In this document: positions 21,401 to 64,000 of the stretch, piece after piece
Position numbering within the stretch: the first letter of the stretch is position 1
How the letters are laid out: every line of letters starts with the position of its first letter
Assembly: GCA_964270895.1 (NCBI GenBank)
Contig: OZ185439.1
Strand: one strand, 5' to 3'
Source: Podarcis filfolensis
Taxonomy: Eukaryota
DNA: 64,000 nt
Made by a program: the position numbers and the translations under genes
Notes under the pieces: model-generated
What the model was told of the DNA's origin: nothing
The model's database searches: none
Seen by the model: the letters and a program-made list of their open reading frames with translations, nothing else

Positions 21401-24400
21401 CCTTTATTGTATATTACTATTGTACTGATATGTATTAAGTTCACCACTTTGGGGAGGGTGGCCGGGGGCTAAAAAATGGCATATAAATAAATCATGCCAA
21501 TGCTGGTGCTTCTTCTAGAAGACTTTGTTTGCTGCCCTGTGGTGCTGGAAGATATGTGCAGGTCTTCCAACTAGTCATAGCTCAACAACACCTTCCTAGT
21601 AGTACATAGCACACACTCCCTTAGTGGCTCAGTTGATTTCTCCCACCCCGCCCCCAATACTTCTACCCAAGCACAGACTGCCCGGTGCGTCTTCACAACA
21701 ATACACCTCCTGCATCTTCCTCTCACATTCTGCAAAGAGGCAAGGCTCGATCTCTTGTCCCAGGTTTTGGGGGGCAGGTGTCATGTGCCTGCAATTCAGC
21801 AAGTGCAGCTTCTCTGGTCATGTCTGGATTTAAGAAAGGCAGCACCCCAGATTTGTAATGTCCTTAAAAGCGCACATGGCAGAAAGTGAGGAGAAATAAA
21901 GAACCTTTTAATGAGGGTGAAAGAGGAGAGTGCAAAATATGGTCTGAAGCTCAACATCAAAAAAACGAAGATCATGGCCACTGGGCCCATCACCTCCTGG
22001 CAAATAGAAGGGGAAGAAATGGAGGCAGTGAGAGATTTTACTTTCTTGGGCTCCATGATCACTGCAGATGGTGACAGCAGCCACGAAATTAAAAGACGCC
22101 TGCTCCTTGGGAGAAAGGCGATTGCAAACCTAGACAGCATCTTAAAAAGCAGAGACATCACCTTGCCAACAAAGGTCCTTATAGTTAAAGCCATGGTTTT
22201 CCCAGTAGTGATGTATGGAAGTGAGAGCTGGACCATAAAGAAGGCTGATCGCCGAAGAATTGATGCTTCTGAATGCTGGAGGAGACTCTTGAGAGTCCCA
22301 TGGACTGCAAGAAGATCAAACCTATCCATTCTTAAGGAAATCAGCCCTGAGTGCTCACTGGAAGGACAGATCCTGAAGCTGAGGCTCCAATACTTGGGCC
22401 ACCTCATGAGAAGAGAAGACTCCCTGGAAAAGACCCTGATGTTGGGAAAGATGGAGGGCACAAGGAGAAGAGGACGACAGAGGACGAGATGGTTGGACAG
22501 TGTTCTCGAAGCTACCAGCATGAATTTGACCAAACTGCAGGAGGCAGTGGAAGACAGGAGTGCCTGGCGTGCTCTGGTCCATGGGGTCACGAAGAGTCGG
22601 ACACGACTAAACAACAAATAAAAGCACACATGAAGCTGCCCGATACCATTGGTTCATCTAACTCAGCATTGTCTACAATCTTTTCACTCCAAGGGCCCAC
22701 CCTTAGCCCACACATGCAGTTTGGGACAAAATTGTAAGGTTGGAAGGGACTTCAAGGGTCCTATCTAGTGCCGTGTAGGAATCACAGATAAGTAATCCCA
22801 GACAGATGGCCAGCCAACCGCTGCTTAAAAACCTCCAAGGAAGGAGAGTCCAGAAGCTCCCAAGGGAGTCTGTTCTACTGTCAAACAACTCTCACCACCA
22901 GCTAGTTCTTCCTAATTAGTCAGGATCTCCTTTCTTGTAATTTGATTCCATTGGTTCAGGTCTGGAGCAGCAGAAAACAAGCTTGCTTTATCATCCGTGT
23001 AATAGATAGTTGAAGATTGCTCTCAGTCTTCTCTTTGCCAGGCTAAACATACCCAATTCCCTCAACTGTTCCTCATAAGGCTTGGTCCTCCTCCTCTGAA
23101 CGTGTTCCAGCTGAACAATATCCTTCTTAATACACTTCTCTTTTTAACCATATACAGTGGTACCTCGGGTTACAGACACTTCAGGTTACAGACGTACGCT
23201 TCAGGTTACAGATTCTGCTAACCCAGAAATAGTACCTTGGGTTAAGAACTTTGCTTCAGGATGAGAACAGAAATCGTGCTCTGGCAGCGCAGTGGCAGCA
23301 GGAGGCCCCATTAGCTAAAGTGGTGCTTCAGGTTAAGAACAGTTTCAGGTTAAGAACGGACCTCCGGAACGAATTAAGTACTTAACCCGAGGTACCACTG
23401 TATTTGTATGGTAGGTGTGCTGCTGTTGTGACCCATTTGAAGATCAGTAGTCCACATGGACTGGTCATGGGTTCTCTAGGATTGCAAGCTTAAATTAGAT
23501 ATTTACCAAGTGATTGTTTCACATGTGCTTTTGAGGGAGAGGGAGAGAAGCCCTTAGACTAGGGGTCCAGATTGACATTCTGGCATGTGGAAGATGGGTT
23601 AATATGTCCCCCACTTACTGTTTTCTGACCCAGCACACACACCCAGCCTACTTTTTGCCTCCAAAAATTATTTGCTTGCACAGCACTTATTCTCAGAATG
23701 TGTTTCTTGGACTCACTAGTGGGTTCTCTGGACCGGGCATGTGGGAATGTAAAAGCCTTTCAGTTGGAAGTAAATAGCATCATTTTGTGCTTTGGTTTTT
23801 TCCCCTAAGCAAAATCTAGGCTCGTGCCTTGCAACTGTTCGGTACCAGAGAGAAAAGCCTAAACCGAAGGTTGATATTGTGTGCCCACACAGCAAAGACC
23901 CAGAGGGCCTAGGCCATCTTCCGCAGAATATGCTACAGGATGTCGCCTTGTTCCACAGCATCAGAGGTATATCTCTTGCAAATGATCTCTATGGTACCTC
24001 TCATTACAGTTAGCAAAATTAATCAATGTTGCATGAACCTGGACTGATAAGAGATGCCAGGAAAACTAGTGGTGAATGCTGTGATCCTGCACTGGTTACA
24101 GCTGCCTGTGGTTTGCAAGTCCAGTAATACGAAGGTTTTCTTCTTTAGTAATCAGTAGCTATTTCCCCTTTCTTTTCCTGACTGTGGGAGAAGGCAGAAG
24201 GGTAGCCAAGTTGCTGAGGCTTAATTCTTTTGAGTTCCCAGTGAATAAGGAACTCAGTCCCTCTATGTGATTTGCACACAAAGAGGAACCATTTCCTTCC
24301 TTTCAGCCCAGCGCAGTGCTTGGCCAAAGCGTCTTTGTGGGCGGAAAAGCAGGACGTTAAGAGCAGTCGCAGCAGGTCCTTCACCTCTGGCATTCCCTCA

Positions 24401-25082
24401 GGTTCACAGCTTGCATGACAGACATGCATATTGGCAAGATGATTATGAGTCCGTGAAGCAGTCTGTCTGTCTCTTTTTTCCTTTCTAAGTAGCACATATA
24501 TGTTCATTTGTATATATGTTCATTTCATCCTTCGCCTCTCCCACACCCAAAGCGTTTTAAGGGGGGGGGGGCTGTTGCAAATCAGCTCCTGACATTTGGA
24601 AAAAGGCATGGTGGGGGGAAAATGTGTTAGGAGAATTCAAGAACCCTGGAAGTCGCCACATAACACCAGTCTTGAAGGACCTACATTGGCTCTCAGTATG
24701 TTTCCGAGCACAATTCAAAGTGTTGGTGCTGACCTTTAAAGCCCTAAACGGCCTCGGTCCTGTATACCTGAAGGAGCGTCTCCACCCCCATCATTCAGCC
24801 CAGACACTGAGGTCCAGCGTCAAGGGCCTTCTGGCGGTTCCCTCATTGCGAGAAGCCAAGCTACAGGGAACCAGGCAGAGGGCCTTCTCGGTAGTGGCGC
24901 CCGCCCTGTGGAACGCCCTCCCAGCAGATGTCAAAGAGAAAAACAACTACCTAACATTTAGAAGACATCTGAAGGCAGGGAAGTTTTTAATGTGTGACAT
25001 TTTAATGTATTTTTAATCTTTGTTGAAAGCCACCCAGAGTGGCCGGGGAAACCCAGCGAGATGGGCGGGGTACAAGTAGTAA

Positions 25083-25136
<54 letters not shown>

Positions 25137-27960
25137 TAATTAATTAATTTAGAGGTCCAGCTAGCTCAGCATTGTCTGTATTGACTAGTAGCCGCTTCCC
25201 AGGATTTTCAGACAAGGATGTGTCCCATTCCTACCTGGATATGCCATGAATTGAATTGGGGATCTTCTCAATGCAAAGAAGATGCTCTGCCACTGAGCTA
25301 TAGTGGTCCAACTGGTGATTTCTGCAGCCAGCTTCTCCCCACTGAAGCCAAAGTGAAACAAAAACTCACATAATCTGTTTTTCCAAAGTTCACCAGAGAT
25401 AAATGGATTTTTGTTTTCCAAGAAATGGAAGCACGATCAGGCCAGCTCTGTCATTCTTAACATTGGCAACTATTCTCACCCTAGTTCTTAAAATTCCCAT
25501 TGGGGGGGGCAGCTTGCATCATACGCAACTAGGCCTTGAGCATCCACAACAGGACGTCCAGGAGAGCCTCAGTCTCTTTGTCATAAAATAATCTCATTAT
25601 CCTTTTTCCTTAAACACACACACACAAAACCACCACTATTTTTCTGTCTGCAGATGGCAACAAGCCCTCTCAGGATCTTCTGCAGAATTTGGCCGCCATT
25701 GGAAACAGTTACATCTCATGGGAGAAATCATCTGAACGCAGAAGTTACACCGTGACACAAGTGACAAATTTGAAGCCGTGGGTAGGTGAAATTCTGCGCC
25801 TGCACAAGGGGAAAACGGGCCTTGTGCAGCAGATTTTGCAGGCCTCAGCAGCAGCGGGGGCAAAGCTCATTCTGCCCTTGGACAACCTTCCATCTGTCTA
25901 CCTCCTTACTTACAGCCAGTCTAAGGGGTGCGGCGCCTGTCAGCCTCCTTAGTCTTGGTGTTGCCTTTGTACAGAGGAGGAGGGGTGTGTGTGTGTGTGT
26001 TGGACTGGCTAGATGCAGTCAAGTGGTGCTTACTCCTTGGTAAGTATGTTTTAAGCTTCAAATCAGTAGGGCTTTTCTTTTTTTTAAAAAAAGGGTGATT
26101 CACTTTTCTCTGCCATCAAATGCAAACAACACAAATGTGATGCTATCAGGAACCATATTTTTCGCCCTATAAGACGCACCAGACCATAAGATGTACCTAG
26201 TTTTTGGAGAAGGAAAACAAGGAGAAAAAAAATTCTGAATCCCAGAAGCCAGAACAGCAAGAGGGATCTGACTTCTGAGATAGCCTCTTGCTGTTCTGGC
26301 TTATGGGATAGCCGTGTGCAGCCTCTTCCGGGCAGCGGGAGGAAGGCTCCCCCAAGAGCCACGCTTCCTTTAAAGAGCGCATGGAGCATGTGTGCGGCTC
26401 TTGGGGGCTTTTCCCCTAGGAGGGAGAAGGGCAGCCCTTCTCCCTCCTCGGGGAAAAGCCCCCAAGAGCCGCACACACGCTCCACGCGGCTCTTTAAAGG
26501 AAGCGCTGAGGAGAGCCTCCCACCTGCATTCGCTCCATAAGACACACACACATTTCCCTTTACTTTTTAGGAGAGGAAAAGTGCATCTTATAGAACGAAA
26601 AATACGGAGAGTTCCAAGATCGGGCACAGCCTTAGTGCAATAAGCAATGATAAACAACAGTAGCTTCAAGTTAGTTGCAAAAGCAGTGGAGGGGTGTGTG
26701 GATGTCCTAAGGAAGCTTTGCTGTGTCTACCAGAAATGCTATGGTACTTCTTGACTGCTTTGGAATAAAAACAGGTAGTTATTGCTGATGTAACGTGAAA
26801 CACAAAATTGCATAGAGCCACCCCCACCATCCCTGGATCAAATAACAGTTTCTTTCATATTTCACTTAATGCAAATCACTGCATTTTTAAAGTGGAATTT
26901 TTGATTGACCATCTTCTTTCTAACTTAGTTTCCTGCCCAGGTAAGAAAGTACATTACTTTCTTTGAAGTTGACTACACCGCTCAGCTGACAAGTGATTCC
27001 TCAGAGGTAAGAATACTATAATACATATGCTTGCTTCTCACTCATGTAATAAATGTGATTGTGCAACAATCATCTACTTTGAAAACCAGCATAGTAAGTG
27101 GCTAAGAAACTGAGCTGAAATTAGGGTGCATCAGCCATGAATTAATTCACTATGTGGCCTGTCAAGTTGTTCTCTCTCTTTCAGGCTCAGTAAAACAGAA
27201 TAAAAAGCTTCAGTATCCTATGTGTTTATTCAGCAGTCCCCCTAAATTCAATAGGGTTGCTCCCTAGTAAGCGGGCTTATTTATCTACTTGGAAGCAAGT
27301 CTTATTTGTGTTCAATGGGACTGTGTCTATGATCATCTTAAACTGCAACCCTGTACCCTTTCACCTGGGAATAATCTCCACTAAACTTAACAGGACTTAT
27401 AAGTGGCAGGCTTGGTGGGAGAGGGCCTTCTCAGTGGCTGCTCCCAGATTTTGGGACTTCTGCTTAAAAGAAGCTAGTCCTTCCACTGGCAGGTGAAGAC
27501 TTTTATTGTGCCAACAGGCTTCGAGGAATTGGCTGCTTTTAACGAAAGAGTTTGTGCCATGAAATGTTTATGGCCCATTATCTGAATGCTTGAATAGTTA
27601 GTTTTAATTCCATTACTATTTAATTGCTTTTTAATTACTGGGGTTTTTTTTTCTATTTTGTCTGTCTGGGGGGGGGAAGGTGGGATCTAAGTAAATAAAT
27701 GAATATAAGACTTCAGAGTATTTAAGTGTAGAATTGGGCATTCAAGCATTCAACAGTGCTACATAAATACTGATTACTTTTGCATGTTTCTCTAGAACCT
27801 TTCCTGCCACGTCCGTGTTGCCTGGAGACCTGGCTTGACGGCACGAGTGAAATATGACTGCTCTTCAGAGGACGACTCTTCAGAATCTGCAGATGGTTCT
27901 GGGGTGGAAGAGGGATCTGCTAATGGGGTCATACTTCAATATGATGAAAGTAATTTTTAA
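9210..27960 (+). CDS. RARRES1: Retinoic acid receptor responder 1 (TIG1; latexin/cystatin-fold family), spliced CDS join(9210..9470,20521..20583,23810..23993,25654..25781,26941..27006,27796..27960), about 288 aa (279 aa if exon 3 ends at 23966)
   Basis: Six GT-AG exons with consistent phases (0,0,1,0,0). The translation resembles human RARRES1 ([21 protein letters not shown]; LGSC..V..Q..KPKP.V..VC; [11 protein letters not shown]; C.V.V.WRPG...VKYDC...GVEEGSA...SNF stop). Synteny with GFM1 and LXN. Confidence 0.88.
9306..9332 (+). repeat. (CAG)9 coding repeat (polyQ) in RARRES1 exon 1
   Basis: Nine uninterrupted CAG codons. Confidence 0.95.
10872..11301 (+). pseudogene. H3F3B: 5'-truncated processed retrocopy of histone H3.3B (H3F3B/H3-3B) mRNA, 3'UTR only
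   Basis: Sequence closely matches my recollection of the conserved H3F3B 3'UTR (GTGACAAGTTGCTAATATGCAGAAGGGATGGGTGAT...GTCTGACCATACATCACTGTGAT...ACCTGGCAGCTATAGAATACAC...ATTAAATGTTTTACATTC); A-tract at 11289; 12-bp TSD agaagggactgt at 10860-10871 and 11302-11313. Confidence 0.8.
13850..14215 (-). mobile_element. Possible solo LTR
   Basis: TG...CA termini on the minus strand with internal AATAAA (13930s); TSD not resolved. Confidence 0.35.
16892..17141 (-). mobile_element. hAT-type MITE (family of 4534/5079), reverse orientation
   Basis: TIRs; TSD acctaggg/acctaggc. Confidence 0.82.
18824..19164 (-). mobile_element. Sauria SINE
   Basis: Reverse complement of the 8396-8749 copy; aaggtaaaggtaaagggacccctgac tail. 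Confidence 0.9.
19213..19355. mobile_element. hAT-type MITE (TAGGGTTGCCA TIR)
   Basis: tagggttgccat...atggcaacccta; TSD cagcaggg/caccaggg. Confidence 0.75.
20521..20583 (+). CDS. RARRES1: RARRES1 exon 2
   Basis: ttctttctcttccag acceptor; [21 protein letters not shown] (63 nt, same size as LXN exon 2); donor GGG|GTAAGT. Confidence 0.88.
20964..21110. mobile_element. hAT-type MITE (CAGTGGCGTAGCGTGG TIR) containing TTAGGG repeats
   Basis: 16-bp perfect TIRs; perfect 8-bp TSD aggacagg. Confidence 0.85.
21194..21283. mobile_element. About 90-bp hAT-type MITE
   Basis: catagctgtcaac/gttgacagctatg TIRs; perfect TSD gtgtatgc. Confidence 0.85.
21879..22618 (+). mobile_element. BovB (RTE) LINE 3' fragment
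   Basis: ORF 21911-22621 resembles the BovB ORF C-terminus; tail gacacgactaaacaacaa; 14-bp TSD taaaagc(g/a)cacatg at 21865-21878 and 22619-22632. Confidence 0.93.
22735..23130 (-). mobile_element. CR1 LINE 3' fragment
   Basis: Reverse complement of the CR1 3' end seen at 59005-59250. Confidence 0.75.
23155..23400 (+). mobile_element. Tc1/mariner MITE
   Basis: TA-flanked CAGTGGTACCTCGG TIRs. Confidence 0.9.
23810..23993 (+). CDS. RARRES1: RARRES1 exon 3 (3' end ambiguous: 23966 or 23993)
   Basis: tttttcccctaag acceptor; [25 protein letters not shown]...; two in-frame phase-1 donors. Confidence 0.75.
24620..25135 (+). mobile_element. L2 LINE 3' fragment with (ATT)n tail
   Basis: [12 protein letters not shown]...[18 protein letters not shown]...[15 protein letters not shown]; long (att)n. 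Confidence 0.9.
25654..25781 (+). CDS. RARRES1: RARRES1 exon 4
   Basis: ttttctgtctgcag acceptor; (D)[42 protein letters not shown]; donor TGG|GTAGGT. Confidence 0.9.
26153..26607. mobile_element. Tc1/mariner-like MITE with a long internal palindrome
   Basis: TIRs ccatatttttcgccctataagacgcac / gtgcatcttatagaacgaaaaatacgg; internal arms of about 71 bp around 26433; TA TSD not preserved. Confidence 0.75.
26941..27006 (+). CDS. RARRES1: RARRES1 exon 5
   Basis: tttcctgcccag acceptor; [22 protein letters not shown]; donor GAG|GTAAGA. Confidence 0.8.
27796..27960 (+). CDS. RARRES1: RARRES1 exon 6 (terminal coding exon)
   Basis: gtttctctag acceptor; [22 protein letters not shown]...EEGSA...ESNF TAA; AATAAA downstream at 28314, 28348, 28382. 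Confidence 0.92.
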   Translation, partial: NLSCHVRVAWRPGLTARVKYDCSSEDDSSESADGSGVEEGSANGVILQYDESNF

Positions 27961-28969
27961 GTAGGAAGAACGCCTGCATTATAAAGCTGTAAACATTTTT
28001 TTGCGAAGGTGTAGATGACCTTCCATTAATATTCCAAAACCACTGTTGTGATTCTTCTATATAAATTGTTACCACATATTTCAAAGCTTTGCACTAGTCA
28101 CTTCTGAGCTACCATAAATATCCTCTTTTCTTTGTAATTTCTGAAAAGAAAAAAAATATTTTTGCTAAAACTTCTGAAAACTTTTTTTAAAAGAAAAGAA
28201 TATATGTAAAAACTACTGATTTGTCACCAAGTTTCTGGTAGGAGGTAACTTTGTATGAGACAAATTTAATATATAAACAAATGTCTTTTAAGTTTCTTAA
28301 AACTGCCATTTTAAATAAATATTTGATAAAATATTTTAAGTTTTGAAAATAAAACAGTTGATGCTAACTTTTAACATCTCCAATAAAATGAATACCGGTA
28401 CATTTTGTGTATGCTGTCTTATTGGTCAATTTCAAAATTATTCTGTGTAGCAGGGAGAAGATACTGAATATGCAGGGAAAGTGAAAACTGATTAAAATTA
28501 TGAACTGCTTTTCATGGGACACTTTCTGAGATGCATGATAAATTTGCTCCTAAAGACTGACCTGCCTCCAGCAATCTTGTAATTATCTACTTCAGTTTTA
28601 GCTGGAGATATATATACCTTTCTAAATTCTTTTATCAAGACAAGCATATTTAAAAAATATCATGTATCTCTGCAACAGGGCAGCTGGCATTGTCTATCAT
28701 GGGGCTAATATGGGAAGATAAATAGAACATGTACAGTCAATATAATTTTTAAAGTAAAGCTAAAGACATTTTATTAAATTAAGACAGTGACTAATTAATG
28801 GAATTTCTATGTGAACATTTCTGCAACAGTCTTTTAGTGACTTAATAAAGTCGAAGTATCGATCCAGGATGAAGTCTGCTCTGAATATTAAAGAGTCATT
28901 AAATCAATAGAGCTTAGCGACAGTCGATGTTTGGTGGCAGGTCCTCACGATCAGCTCACATGCAGGGAA

Positions 28970-64000
<35,031 letters not shown>

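Noticed and set aside
21796-22629. 277-aa minus-strand ORF, plus 3118-3519 on +
   Set aside because: Antisense reading of BovB LINE sequence.

Overview
Vertebrate nuclear DNA from a squamate, most likely a lacertid lizard (inferred from Sauria SINE, BovB, squamate L2/CR1 and Penelope repeats). It carries the RARRES1-GFM1-LXN cluster in the arrangement known from human 3q25. RARRES1 is on + (6 coding exons, 9210-27960). GFM1 (mitochondrial elongation factor G1) is on - (exon 2 partial to exon 18, 28970-64000); exon 16 is not visible and almost certainly lies in the 200-N gap at 31119-31318. LXN (latexin) is on +, nested antisense in GFM1 intron 13 (6 coding exons, 222 aa from the canonical Met at 38311). 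The rest is intronic or intergenic DNA dense in SINEs, LINE fragments, hAT and Tc1/mariner MITEs and microsatellites. Top observations: (1) latexin has an in-frame 82-89 aa N-terminal extension resembling signal peptide + propeptide + furin site, although mammalian latexin is leaderless; (2) a Penelope-like insertion forms a perfect 96-bp hairpin whose loop is host DNA copied in inverted orientation from just downstream, with hammerhead-core motifs on both strands; (3) a TSD-flanked retrocopy of the histone H3.3B 3'UTR lies in RARRES1 intron 1; (4) a retro-insertion has a 76-bp target duplication, and it and the H3.3B retrocopy share an A-tract plus target-derived microsatellite tail. Gene identities come from remembered human orthologues; no database searches were run.
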